From the NCBI GenBank assembly GCA_964016885.1, contig OZ024742.1, positions 2,108,001 to 2,172,000 on the forward strand: a DNA stretch of 64,000 nt, read 5' to 3'. The translations under genes were made by a program, and so were the position numbers. Source of the stretch: Eledone cirrhosa (lineage: Eukaryota). The notes under the pieces are model-generated. The model was given only the letters and a program-made list of their open reading frames with translations, ran no database searches and was not told the origin of the DNA. How positions within the stretch are numbered: position 1 is the stretch's first letter; each line of letters starts with the position of its first letter. Of this stretch, positions 1-12,672 are shown piece by piece.

Positions 1-1
1 C

Positions 2-1290
2 ATGAGTCCTAAGAAAGTGAGTGCCAAGAACACTGGCGAGAAAAAGAAAAGGATGATGTCTATGGAAATTAAGCACGACATCGTAGAAAAACATGAGCAT
101 GGTGTGCGTGTTATTGATTTGGCAAAGGAGTACGATCGTAGTACTTCTACAATATGTACTATTTTGAAACAAAAGGATTCAATAAAGGCTATAACACCAG
201 CCAAGGGTGTTAAGATAATTTCTAAGCTCGGGACCTCTGTCCACGAAGAGATGGAAAAGTTGCCGTTGGGGTGGTTGACCGAGAAGCAGCTCGCTGGAGA
301 TACCGTAACCGAGACCATCATCTGTGAGAAGGCACGAGTTATTTATGGAGATTTGGTGCGGCAGACGGTGGGATCATCCTCGGACGAGGCATCGGAAGAG
401 TCATTCAAAGCCAGTCGGGGATGGTTTAATAATTTAAAAAAGAGGATTGGCATTCACTCCGTCGTCAGGCATGGTGAGGCTGAAAGCTCAGATTTTAAGT
501 CAGCTGAAGAATTTACTTCATTTTTTGGTGAACTTGTAGAAGCCGAAGGATACATCCCCCAGCAAGTCTTTAACTGTGACGAGACGGCTATTTTGGAAAA
601 AGATGCCAAGGAGAACGTACATAACAGCAGAGGAGAAGAACTTGCCAGGCCACAAACCTATGACGGATAGGTTGACCCTTGCACTGTGTGCAAATGCGAG
701 TGGCGATTTAAAGATTAAACCGCTGCTCGTATATCACTCGGAAAACCCCAGGGCCTTTAAGAGTCATAAGATTCTTAAAGAAAAACTGCAGGTTATGTGG
801 CGGGCAAACCCAAAGGCATGGGTCACCAGGGAGTTTTTTGTGCAGTGGGTAAACCTGGTTTTTGGTCCTGCAGTCAAGAAGTATCTTTTAGATAATAACC
901 TGCACCTGAAAGCCCTACTCGTCCTTGACAATGCTCCCGCACACCCACCAAATCTCGAGGTTGACATCTTAGAAGAATTCAAGTTTATTAAAGTCTTGTA
1001 CCTTCCAACCAACACCACCCTATCATTCAGCCCATGGACCAGCAGGTGATTTCGAATTTTAAAAAGCTCTTCACCAAGCATCTCTTTCGGCGCTGCTTTG
1101 ATGTTACGAAAAACACAAACCTCACCCTTCGAGAGTTCTTGAAAGAACATTACACTATCGTAGCCTGCCTCAAAATTATAGACATGGCCTGGCAGGGTGT
1201 TACAAGGAGGACCTTAAACTCTGCATGGAAGAAGCCGTGGCCCGAGGTTGTGTCCGAAAGGGACTTCGAAGGATTCGAACCCGAACCCGA
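2..1290 (+). pseudogene. Tigger/pogo-family DDE transposase (CENP-B-like HTH + DDE_1), two frameshifts, 3' end replaced by satellite
   Basis: Overlapping ORFs 2-670, 576-1049 and 1034-1339 give the Tigger motifs FKASRGWFNNLKKR, VRHGEAESSD, QVFNCDET, RLTLALCANASGD, ALLVLDNAPAHP, LPTNTT and MDQQVISNFK. Confidence 0.93.
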
Positions 1291-1291
1291 A

Positions 1292-3070
1292 TGTTTTAGC
1301 CGTTTTAGTGTCGATTTAACCATTTTACCGTCGTTCTAGTCATTTAAGGAGCCGGTTTTGCCATTTTACAGTCGTTTTAGTTATCTAAGTTGTCGTTTTA
1401 GCCATTTTATAGTCGATTTAGCCATTTTACAGACGTTTTAGTCATTTTAGAATCGTTTTAGCCATTTGAGAGTCGTTTTAGTTATTTTAGGAGCCTTTTT
1501 AGCCATTTTACAGTCGTTTTACTCATTTAAGGATCGGTTTTAGCCACTTTGGTCGTTTTAGTCATTTTAGGAGTGATTTTAGTCATTTTAGGAGTCGTTT
1601 CAGTCATATATTGAGTCGTTTTAGCCCCTTTAGGGTCGTGTTAGTCATTTAAGGAGCAGTTTTAGCCATTTTAGAGTCGTTTCAGTCATTTTACAGTCGT
1701 TTTAATCATTTAAGGGGCCCTTTTAGCCATTTTACAGTCGTTTTAATCATTTGAGGAGCCGTTTTAGCTATTTTGCAGTCGTTTTAGTCATTTTAGAATC
1801 GTTTTAGCCATTTGAGAGTCGTTTTAGTTATTTAAGGAGCCTTTTTAGCCATTTTACAGTCGTTTTACTCATTTAAGGATCGGTTTTAGCCACTTTAGAG
1901 TCGTTTTAGTCATTTTAGGAGTGATTTTAGTCATTTTAGGAGTCGTTTCAGTCATATATTGAACCGTTTTAGCCCTTTTAGGGTCGTGTTAGTCATTTAA
2001 GGAGCAGTTTTAGCCATTTTAGAGTCGTTTCAGTCATTTAAGGAGCAGTTTTAGCCATTTTAGAGTCATTTTTGTCATTTAAGGAGTCGTTTTGGTCATT
2101 TAAGGAGTCGTTTCAATCATTTTACAGTCGTTTTAATCATTTAAGATGCCCTTTTAGCCATTTTACAGTCGTTTTAGTTATTTGAGGAGCCGTTTTAGCT
2201 ATTTTGCAGTCGTTTTAGCAATTTTTGAGTAGTTTTATCATTTAAGGAGCAGTTTTAGCCATTTTAGTGTCGTTGTAATCATTTTAGGAGTGGTTTTAGC
2301 CATTTTACAGTCGTTCCAGTCATATATTGAGCCGTTTTAGTCATTTTACAGTCGTTTTAGTCATCTAATGAGTCGTTTTAGCCATTTTAGAGTCGATTTA
2401 GCCATTTTACAGTCGTTTTGCTCATTTTACAGTCGTTTTTTGATCCATATGAGAGTTATTTTAGTTATTTTAGGAGTGGTTTTAGTAATTTTAGAGTCGT
2501 TTTAGTCATTTGAGAGTCGTTTTAGTTATTTTAGGAGCTTTTAAGCCATTTTAGAGTAGTTTTAGTCATTTAAGGATCGGTTTTAGCCATTTCAGAGACG
2601 TTTTAGTAATTTTAGGACTGGTTTTAGCCAATTTGGGAGTCATTTCAGTCATATATTGAGCCGTTTTAGCCACTTTAGGGTCGTTTTAGTCATTTAAGGA
2701 TCGGTTTTAGCCATTTTAGGAGTCGTTTCAGTCATATATTGAGCCGTTTTAGCCAATTTAGGGTCGTTATAGTAATTTAAGGAGCCGTTTTAGTCATTTT
2801 AGAGGCATTTTAGGAATTGCTTTAGCCGTTTTAGTGTCGATTTAACCCTTTTACAGTTGTTTTAGTCATTTTAGAGTCGTTTTATCCATCTGGGAGTCGT
2901 TTTAGTTATTTTAGAAGCCTTTTTAGCTATTTTACATTCGCTTTAGTCGTTTAAGGATTGGTTTTAACCATTTTAGAGTCATTTTTGTCATTTAAGGAAT
3001 CGTTTTGGTCATTTAAGGAGTCGTTTTAGCCATTTTACAGTCGTTTTAATCGTTTAAGATGTCGTTTTCA
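1292..3070. repeat. Degenerate satellite, ~20-22 bp unit (GAGTCGTTTTAGYCATTTWA-like)
   Basis: Continuous repetition of 'gtcgttttagtcatttta' / 'gccgttttagccatttta' over about 1.8 kb. Confidence 0.92.
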
Positions 3071-3282
3071 TTTAGAGGTGAAGGGATTAAGAGCAATTCT
3101 GTTTGTTGATAGTTCAACTGTGGCTATGTTTAACTAAGAATATATAAAAGAATATATAACTGCAATTTATTGCAAAACATGTCTCCGTTAAACATAATGT
3201 CGTTTACTTTAATGTCAACAGGTTCGGCTTGTAATCAAACTGTGTCATGAATTGCTTTACAGGATTACACTCTTTTATATAA

Positions 3283-3337
<55 letters not shown>

Positions 3338-3918
3338 CCCGGTATTTTTTTTTAAAAAGACCGCGATAATATTGCTTTTTGCTGAACTCCTTATTGTAGA
3401 GTTTTTTTCGGAATGTTTTTGACTGTTGTTTCATGTAAACAAACATTCGTCTGATTCTGACGTCACCAGCCCTGTTTTTCCACATGTGCGTTTTATTTTC
3501 ATAATCACGCATGATGTTAAACTAGCCTGCTTTTAAATTCCCTTTTTGGCATATTAATCAGTGAGACCTTGGTTACCATGCTGAGCTCTGCTGATGAACG
3601 AAATCCAACCGTGACCATCCTCACTGAAAGTTTTCATGAAATAGTCTTTTCAAGACTATACAGAGAATTTGAAGTTGTCCCAAATTGAAGGATGAGTACT
3701 TTAGACTTTGTTTTATCATGAGTTAAGGCTCTATTGATTTTTCCCTGGATTTCTCTAAATTCTGTTGGATAAATCTATATCCTGATTCTTTTTGAATTGA
3801 GTTTGAATTATTTTTCCCATATCTTATGCTAACTATTTTCCCATTTTGACGCTATAGTCAATTATATATTATGGAATACTGTTAGCTTCTCGCTACAATT
3901 TCTATATTTTTCATTTAT

Positions 3919-3949
<31 letters not shown>

Positions 3950-3980
3950 ATTATATAAAAGAGTGTAATCCTGTAAAGCA

Positions 3981-4053
<73 letters not shown>

Positions 4054-4165
4054 TTGAAATAAAATGAAAACGAAATTTCATTTCTCACTCTTAGTATGGC
4101 ACTTACTTAAATGTAAGTATGTATGTATACGTACATACATATATGTATACAGACGTACAGTAGCA

Positions 4166-4241
<76 letters not shown>

Positions 4242-4393
4242 TACAGGTACACATACATATATGCACGTATCAGTTTAGCGGACGCTTATTATAACGCCGC
4301 TTTGTTCGTTTGTAAACAAACTGAACAGCCTGAATTTATGCCATACGGTGTAAAGGCAACCACGTCACCTTTTTGTTCAACACTAACACACGA

Positions 4394-4436
4394 ACGATGT
4401 ACTACTTTCAAGCTTGTTAGCTATCATCAGCACCGT
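4394..4436 (-). ncRNA. Minimal type I HHR, array copy 1 (helix III mutated to GTAG)
   Basis: Minus strand: ACGGTG CTGATGA TAGCTAACAAGCTT GAAA GTAG TA CATCGT. Confidence 0.7.
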
Positions 4437-4672
4437 ATACCCATCTGCCAGATAGTTGAAGGTTCGAAAGTATATACTTTCCTTATGAAAATTAACGGCT
4501 GAGCAGCCTAATTTGCATATTGAGTGAGTTAAATCGGTCAGGCATACCGAAAACGATAAGTTGAAATAAAATGAAAACGAAATTTCATTTCTCACTCTTA
4601 GTATGGCACTTACTTAAATGTAAGTATGTATGTATACGTACATACATATATGTATACAGACGTACAGTAGCA

Positions 4673-4716
<44 letters not shown>

Positions 4717-4872
4717 TACATACAGGTACACATACATATATGCACGTATCAGTTTAGCGGACGCTTATTATAACGCCGCTTTGTTCGTTTGTAAACAAAC
4801 TGAACAGCCTGAATTTATGCCATACGGTGTTAAGGCAACCACGTCACCTTTTTGTTCAACACTAACACAGGA

Positions 4873-4915
4873 ACGATGTACTAGTTTCAAGCTTGTTAAC
4901 TATCATCAGCACCGT
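4873..4915 (-). ncRNA. Minimal type I HHR, array copy 2
   Basis: Minus strand: ACGGTG CTGATGA TAGTTAACAAGCTT GAAA CTAG TA CATCGT; palindromic helix III CTAG, GUA cleavage triplet. Confidence 0.82.
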
Positions 4916-5151
4916 ATACTCATCTGCCAGATAGTTGAACGTTCGAAAGTATATACTTTCCTTATGAAAATTAACGGCTGAGCAGCCTAATTTGCATATT
5001 GAGTGAGTTAAATCGGTCAGGCATACCGAAAACGATAAGTTGAAATACAATGAAAACGAAATTTCATTTCTCACTCTTAGTATGGCACTTACTTAAATGT
5101 AAGTATGTATGTATACGTACATACATATATGTATACAGACGTACAGTAGCA

Positions 5152-5209
<58 letters not shown>

Positions 5210-5366
5210 TATACATACAGGTACACATACATATATGCACGTATCACTTTAGCGGACGCTTATTATAACGCCGCTTTGTTCGTTTGTAAACAAACTGAAC
5301 AGCCTGTATTTATGCCATACGGTGTTAAGGCAACCATGTCACCTTTTTGTCAACACTAACACAGGA

Positions 5367-5409
5367 ACGATGTACTAGTTTCAAGCTTGTTAGCTATCAT
5401 CAGCACCGT
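5367..5409 (-). ncRNA. Minimal type I HHR, array copy 3 (best preserved)
   Basis: Minus strand: ACGGTG CTGATGA T-AGCT-AACA-AGCT-T GAAA CTAG TA CATCGT; helix I ACGGTG/CATCGT. Confidence 0.85.
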
Positions 5410-5730
5410 ATACCCATCTGCCAGATAGTTGAAGGTTCGAAAGTATATACTTTCCTTATGAAAATTAACGGCTGAGCAGCCTAATTTGCATATTGAGTGA
5501 GTTAAATCGGTCAGGCATACCGAAAACGATAAGTTGAAATAAAATGAAAACGAAATTTCATTTCTCACTCTTAGTATGGCACTTACTTAAATGTAAGTAT
5601 GTATGTATACGTACATACATATATGTATACAGACGTACAGTAGCATACATATATAAGCGGCGTTATAATAAGCGGCGTTATAATAAGCGTCCGCTAAACT
5701 GATACGTGCATATATGTATGTGTACCTGTA

Positions 5731-5786
<56 letters not shown>

Positions 5787-5839
5787 TGCTACTGTACGTC
5801 TGTATACATATATGTATGTACGTATACATACATACTTAC

Positions 5840-5896
<57 letters not shown>

Positions 5897-6125
5897 ATCC
5901 AGGGGTCCGGGTAAAATTTTTTCAATCACATATATTTTTATTTGTTTGACCCGAATTACTTTGTAGTTTTTATGGCTGTGCGGATGATTGTTTAACCATC
6001 GTCTCAGTGTGTTTAGCATTTAACGTATGTTGTAGCTCTGGTTCATCTGAATCATCGCGCGCTTGCCACACATCTCGGAAGTTGTTTTTCGTTAATTCCT
6101 AAGCCGAAATACGATTCTCGCTAAT

Positions 6126-6197
<72 letters not shown>

Positions 6198-6212
6198 ACA
6201 AATTTATATATA

Positions 6213-7710
6213 CTAGCATTAAAGCCCGGCGTTGCTCGGGGTCAGTAAGTTACCAAAGTTAGGTTGCACCACCCATTTTATGGCAGCACTTTTTTGTCTG
6301 CCAGGCACTGGGTGAATGAATTGCAGACCTGGACTGCCGAAGCAGGAGCTGCGCCAGCAGTGACAATTGTAGTTTCGCCTATGGATATTATCTCTGTGCA
6401 AAGAAGTGTTGAAATTTATTGTTTCACAGTTCTTGCGTAACACGCACGTAGACGATGCCAGCCGAACAACAGAGCTGCGATGGAGTTGTTCTGCATGGTT
6501 GACTAATGTGTGTTTTCTAAATTGAAGACAGTAGGGAGGGGTGTGATATGGGGGAGAGTTAGCTGCTGTTTCTAGCAGGTTTAGTGACCTCATAGAGGAT
6601 ATGTTTTCTAAATTTAAGACAGTAGGGCGTGATGTGATATGGGGGAGAGTTAGCTGCTGTTTCTAGCAGGTTTAGTGACCTCATAGAGGATATGTTTTCT
6701 AAATTTAAGACAGTAGGGAGTGGTGTGATATGGGGGAGAGTTAGCTGCTGTTTCTAGCAGGTTTAGTGACCTCATAGAGAATATGTTTTCTAAATTTAAG
6801 ACAGTCGGGAGTGGTGTGATATGGGGGAGAGTTAGCTGCTGTTTCTAGCAGGTTTAGTGACCTCATAGAGGATATGTTTTCTAAATTTAAGACAGTTATG
6901 AGAGGTGTGATATGGGGGAGAGTTAAGTTCTCTTTGTCATTGAAGTAAATAAATATTTCACCGTTCCACACTCGAAAACAAACGTTCTCTCTCTCTCTCT
7001 CCCTCTCACTCTCTCTTTCTCTTCGGCGTTCCTAAAGGAAGTTTGTAAGCATGTATGTAGTTTTATCGAATTTGAAGGGGTGTAGAGAGAGGTAAGCAGA
7101 TTCTATTAGAGGGACAAAGCGTCATGTATTTAGTTTTATCGATTAGTTCCATAATTGTGGGTGAGTTTGAATGGAATAAATAGTCGATGACCTAAGTTAC
7201 ACCATTTACAACATTCTTACAGACTTTGAGTCGAATCCGTTTGAAAAATGTGCAAATGTATAAACATGGAACATGTGCACACACACACAACAACAACAAT
7301 CTGCCTTTTATATATAATGATGATGATGATAAGAGATGTAAGCGTCATGTATTTAACGTTTGTCTCTGTCTCTCTGGCTACCTCCTTTATTTTTGTCTCT
7401 CTCTCTAAAGGAGATTATTAGGGAGTGGGTTTATAAGCGTATATAAGAGAAGGTTGCAGTATGTATGGGAGGTAGGTAGAGTTACTCAGATTCTATTAGG
7501 GGGGTAAAGCGGCATGTATTTAGTTTTATAGATTATTTCCGTAATTGTGGGTGAGGTTGAAATAAATAAATAGTCGATGACCTAAGTTAGACCATTTACA
7601 ACATTCTTACAGAGTTTGAGTCGAATCGGTTTGAAATTGTGCAAATGTATAAACATGGAACATGTGCACACACACATACAACAACAACAATCTGCCTTTT
7701 ATAGATAATA
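6213..7710 (-). mobile_element. Non-autonomous Helitron-like element with duplicated 5' part
   Basis: Minus-strand 3' end CCCGAGCAACGCCGGG hairpin followed by CTAG at 6213-6216, next to (TA)n; 5' TC-like end TCATTATATATAAAAGGCAG near 7320; ~7090-7315 is duplicated at ~7480-7705. Confidence 0.6.
6505..6925. repeat. Tandem repeat, 91-bp unit, ~4.5 copies, inside the Helitron-like element
   Basis: 'gggggagagtta' recurs at 6550, 6641, 6732, 6823 and 6914. Confidence 0.92.
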
Positions 7711-7889
7711 ATACATATATATACATATATATATATAAATATATATATGTATACATATATATATATGTATACACACACACACATACAGGTATATATATCT
7801 ATATATATATTATATATATATATAGATATATATATACATATATATAAATATACATATATGTATACACACACACACACACACACACACAT

Positions 7890-7931
<42 letters not shown>

Positions 7932-7937
<6 letters not shown>

Positions 7938-8164
7938 AAAAAAAGATGAAATCGAAAATGCAACTGGAGTCTTATTTTAAAAAAAATATATATATTTATT
8001 TGGTTCCTTTACCGGTTTCGCAGATGTGAGAAAAACCACAGACCCTCCATCTCAACTCTACTTTTGAAAAGCAGAAGAACTGCCAAACCGGTAAAGGAAC
8101 CAAATATATATATATTTTTAAATAAGACTCCAGTTGCATTTTCGATTTCATCTTTTTTCTTTAT
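7932..8164 (+). mobile_element. Fold-back element next to (TA)n with a U3-A8 variant HHR (8061-8096)
   Basis: Arms ~7932-8023 and ~8080-8164 are inverted. CTT TTGAAAA GCAG-AAGAA-CTGC (C)AAA CCGG TA AAG; the inverted arm keeps the intact GAAA (tttc at 8016-8019). Confidence 0.6.
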
Positions 8165-8499
8165 ACTTTAACTCGTGTACGACACCTCGGTTATTTTTCA
8201 TTTTGTAAAGAAAACCTTACTTTCTAATATATATATATATGTGTGTGTGTGTGTTAGCGTCCGGGTTCAATCGGGGGTAACCACGGTAAGTAAGGAACTC
8301 AATAAATTAGTAGAGTGTTAACATCAATGTTTCGGGGACCAGTTATGATATGTTTCGTATGTTTGTCTGAGTTCCCGGCGAAGGGCCAGTTTGGAAGAGC
8401 CACCTCCACAACCAATCCACTTGACAACTACGATCTTCCCATATAAGGAAGTACCCCCTTGACAAGTTCGGCTATTTATTCACCAGGCTAAACATTCTA

Positions 8500-8754
8500 A
8501 TTTAGTCCAGAAATAGCCGTCGAAAGGGCATGAGCTCTGCCGTCAGGGTCATACTTTTTCCTATTTCCCACTCTACTACCCTAAGTATTGAGATGGACCA
8601 TAACGCACCAAAGTACTCAATACTTAGGGTAGTAGAGTGTGTAATAGGAACGAGTAGGACCCCGACGGCTGAGCTCAAGCCGTTTCGACGGCTATTTTAG
8701 TCCAGAATTAGCCGTCGAAACGGCTTGAGCTCAGCCGTCGGGGTCCTACTCGTT

Positions 8755-8758
<4 letters not shown>
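8500..8758. repeat. Dispersed fold-back family ('gagctcaagccgtttcgacggcta'), also at ~15835-16030, 17180-17360, 25460-25615 and 40355-40520
   Basis: Five copies of the same ~150-190 bp sequence, each adjacent to (TA)n and usually arranged as an inverted pair. Confidence 0.8.
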
Positions 8759-8791
<33 letters not shown>

Positions 8792-10004
8792 TCGTTCCCA
8801 GACATTAGGTGACTGGGTCAATGTGATAGGGTTTTCCCTCATAGTTCTGTCATTCCAGGGAAGCCAATCCCTCTCGAAGAGAAGCAACCCACTCAGATAC
8901 ACCAGCAAATGTACACATTCATAGACACACATATACATACACATACATACACACTCATGCATACGAAGACATGAAAATACACACACAAACACACAAACAG
9001 ACGCAGAGAGGCACACACAAACATACACACACTCATATATAGAGAAGGGGGAGGTAGGATATATTTCTGGGTATCTGACTAATTTATTTTAAGTTAGTGA
9101 GAAGACACGATTGAAGAAGAGAAGGAGGAGGAGGAGGAGGAGGGGAGAAGGGGTGGGTGGGAGGAAATCAGTGATAAATCCAGTGGTATATCATTAATAA
9201 GATATCTATTACCACAGACACACTCATACACACACTCACACATACATACACACTCACACATACATACACACACACTCGCACATATATACATACACTCACA
9301 TACATACACACTCGCACATACATACACACACACAAACTCAAACATACATACACATTCCCACATTCCCACATATATTCTCAACCAACGACACATTTTTCAA
9401 ACATAGACACACATACACACACATAGACATAGACACATTCACACTCACATACAGTGACGCATTTAGATACACACACATAAACATACATTTTCACATACAC
9501 ACATTCACACATCCACAAACACAAACCCACACAAATATACACACAAAGATACATTTGCATTCACACGCACATACATTCAATCACACACTCACACACGCAT
9601 TCACACACACATACACACACAAACGTACTTACATTTGCACATATTTACACACACACACCCATTCACACACATATACATGCACACACATTCATCAATTGTT
9701 TCCACTTTTCTCCATTGCTAAATATTTATATAATATAGACGGTGGGGTGCAGCCGACACTCCACCCTCACCTCTCTCTGCCGAGACAACTACAAGAGAGG
9801 TACTAACCCTTCCCCCTTCCTTTGTCTTGCAGTCCTTGCTCTTCTCCTCCTTTCCCTCTCATTTATAGCATTTATAGTTCTTTCTCTGCTTTCTCTGCTT
9901 TCTCTGTATGTTTCACCAATTTATATCAGCAATAAATTTAGCTTGGAAAACGCTGTTTTTACATATTTCATATACTGTTTCATGTGTATATATATATTAT
10001 ATAG

Positions 10005-10075
<71 letters not shown>

Positions 10076-10084
10076 TTTTATATG

Positions 10085-10382
10085 TCACGAATGACCAAGG
10101 GATTTTCACTTAGAAAGTCCCCTCCCCCCGAGGCACAGTCCGAGAGCAAAGTTTTGTGGAAGACCAGCAGTCGCCCTTGCATACCAGCGTCTCCACGCCA
10201 CTGATGTCCAAAGGAAAGGCGAAGGCCGATACAGCCTGGCCCCAGTGATATTGCAACTCATTTCTACAGCTGAGTAAACTGGAACAACGTGAAAATAAAG
10301 TGTCTTGCTCAAGGACACCACGCAAAACCCGGTCCAAGAATCGAACTCACAACGTCGCGATTGCATTAAACCATGCGCCTTC
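10085..10382 (-). mobile_element. tRNA-derived SINE (same family at 10830-11015 + and 18200-18500 +)
   Basis: A/B-box-like head (GGCGCATGGTTTAATG ... GAGTTCGATTC) and shared body TGTCCTTGAGCAAGACACTTTATTTTCACGTTG. Confidence 0.75.
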
Positions 10383-10829
10383 ATATATTATATGGATTTC
10401 ATATATGTATATATTATATAGATTTCATATATATATATATAGAGAGGGAGATTTCATAGAAATCTCAGTGTGTTTGGCCTTTAACGTTTGTTATAGCTCT
10501 GGTTCATCTGAATCATTGAGCTCTTTTTTTCGTTATTTCGTGGGCCGAAATGCGAATCTCGATAATTTATGTTTGTATATATTATGTATATAAATATATT
10601 TTATATATATTTCATGTTTTATAAATATTTCAACATTGCTTTAATGTTATATTGTAGATATAACTCATCCGTTTCTTACCATTCTTTACTGCCATTGGAA
10701 CCATTCCTTAGAATCTATCTTTAGAGAGTGATACCATACTATACCACTCCTTAGTACTAATGGAACCAGCCATTCCTGTTTATCTATAGCAATACCATAA
10801 CATTTTTACTATCAATATAATACAGTGAA

Positions 10830-11015
10830 GATACATGGTGTAGTGGTTGGAACGTTAGGCTTGCAAGCGTGAGGTTATAAGTTCGATTCCTTGGCCAGTC
10901 TGTGTGTGGTGTCCTTAAGTAAAACATTTTATTTCACGTTGCTCCAGTTCACTCAGCTGTAGGTTGTGACGTCACTACTGCCAAGTTGTATCGGCCATTA
11001 CCTTTCCCTTTGACA
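10830..11015 (+). mobile_element. tRNA-derived SINE, partial
   Basis: TGGTGTAGTGG (A box), GTTCGATTC (B box), body shared with 10085-10382. Confidence 0.7.
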
Positions 11016-11481
11016 ACTCAAAAAAAGATTAATACACTTTGATACACAGGTATACCGATAAATTAACACCTAATCCCTTATCTACCCGTCTATCTAATTG
11101 CTTGTCTACCTGTCTGACTGATTGGTTGTCTACCTGTCTATCTACCTCTCTGTTCCAATGTCAGTATGATGAAAGGTTTGTCACAGTCACAGGTGCAGAT
11201 AAACTTCCCTTGTCACTTTCATCATCAGAAATCTAATAAACCAGTGACTGAGGAGTCGTTTGAAACATGAAACTCACGATACTATTGTTCATAAAAAACA
11301 TGGCACAATACATACAGAGATACATACACATACATATATACATACATACACATATACATTCATACATATACATATATGTATTTGTGTGTGTTTGTATATA
11401 ATATATATATATTATATTATATACAAACACATGCAAATATATATATATATATGTGTATGTATGTATCTATATATAGATTTA

Positions 11482-11522
<41 letters not shown>

Positions 11523-11523
11523 G

Positions 11524-11556
<33 letters not shown>

Positions 11557-11573
11557 CAGTATATATATATATA

Positions 11574-11674
11574 TAGCGTCCGAAACGTTAAGACCCACTT
11601 CCTACTATATCAAGCGTTAACCTAATATATCCCTTCCATATACTGTACCAATTGTGTTGTTATTTCTGTTTATC

Positions 11675-11678
<4 letters not shown>
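11574..11678 (+). repeat. 5'-truncated copy of the 61.9-kb HHR family (3' half of the ribozyme only)
   Basis: Starts right after (TA)n with AGCGTCC GAAA CG TT AAGA; matches the reverse complement of ~61805-61905 and ~39805-39890. Confidence 0.7.
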
Positions 11679-11757
<79 letters not shown>

Positions 11758-11790
11758 TACATGTACATACATATAAATCTATATATATTC

Positions 11791-11821
<31 letters not shown>

Positions 11822-12063
11822 GTGTGTGTGTGTATTTTCCATCTCATTATGTAATCTAACTGCATAATTCAATATATTGTTTCTTTTTATACACGTAAGG
11901 GTATTGTTTAAGGAAGATTTGGCTGCTATTTCTAGCAATTTTATTGTCTATATAGAACAGGGGTAGGGAAGATGGGAAACCCCTGCTATCAGAATTTAAG
12001 CCCCTTTGAAACCCGTTCATTATTCAAGATACCAAACTCCGCCCATAAACGTCAATTGTCTTC

Positions 12064-12672
12064 ACAACATCAACCTATGTTTCCTGCCGTGACAACATCA
12101 ACCTATGTTTCCTGACGTGACAACATCAACCTATGTTTCCTGACGTGACAACATCAACCTATGTTTCCTGCCGTGACAACATCAACCTATGTTTCCTGTT
12201 GTGACAACATCAACCTATGTTTCCTGACGTGACAACATCAACCTATGTTTCCTGACGTGACAACATCAACCTATGTTTCCTGCCGTGACAACATCAACCT
12301 ATGTTTCCTGTTGTGACAACATCAACCTATGTTTCCTGACGTGACAACATCAACCTATGTTTCCTGACGTGACAACATCAACCTATGTTTCCTGACGTGA
12401 CAACATCAACCTATGTTTCCTGTTGTGACAACATTAATCTATGTTTCCTGACGTGACAACATCAACCTATGTTTCCTGTTGTGACAACATTAATCTATGT
12501 TTCCTGACGTGACAACATCAACCTATGTTTCCTGACGTGACAACATCAACCTATGTTTCATGACGTGACAACATTAATCTATGTTTCATGACGTGACAAC
12601 ATCAACCTATGTTTCCTGACGTGACAACATCAACCTATGTTTCCTGTCGTGACATCAACCTATGTTTCCTGA
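12064..12672. repeat. Minisatellite, 28-bp unit ACAACATCAACCTATGTTTCCTGACGTG, ~21 copies
   Basis: Direct tandem repetition with period 28. Confidence 0.97.

Larger units (their letters stand above)
4051..5842 (-). mobile_element. Retrozyme-like tandem array: 3+ units of ~480-510 bp, each with one HHR and an internal (TA)n, plus an inverted partial copy (5655-5842)
   Basis: Unit start 'aagttgaaataaaatgaaaacgaaatttc' recurs at ~4051, 4558, 5037 and 5531; an HHR motif lies in each unit; 5655-5842 is the reverse complement of part of the unit. Confidence 0.85.

Noticed and set aside
3591-3604. CTGATGAACGAAA as an HHR core
   Set aside because: Only 2 nt separate the core from GAAA, so helix II cannot form, and there is no helix I.
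11217-11228. Minus-strand CTGATGATGAAA
   Set aside because: No helix II; a chance match in an ATC repeat.
12064-12672. 28-bp repeat array as a possible CRISPR
   Set aside because: There are no unique spacers, the context is eukaryotic and no cas genes are present.
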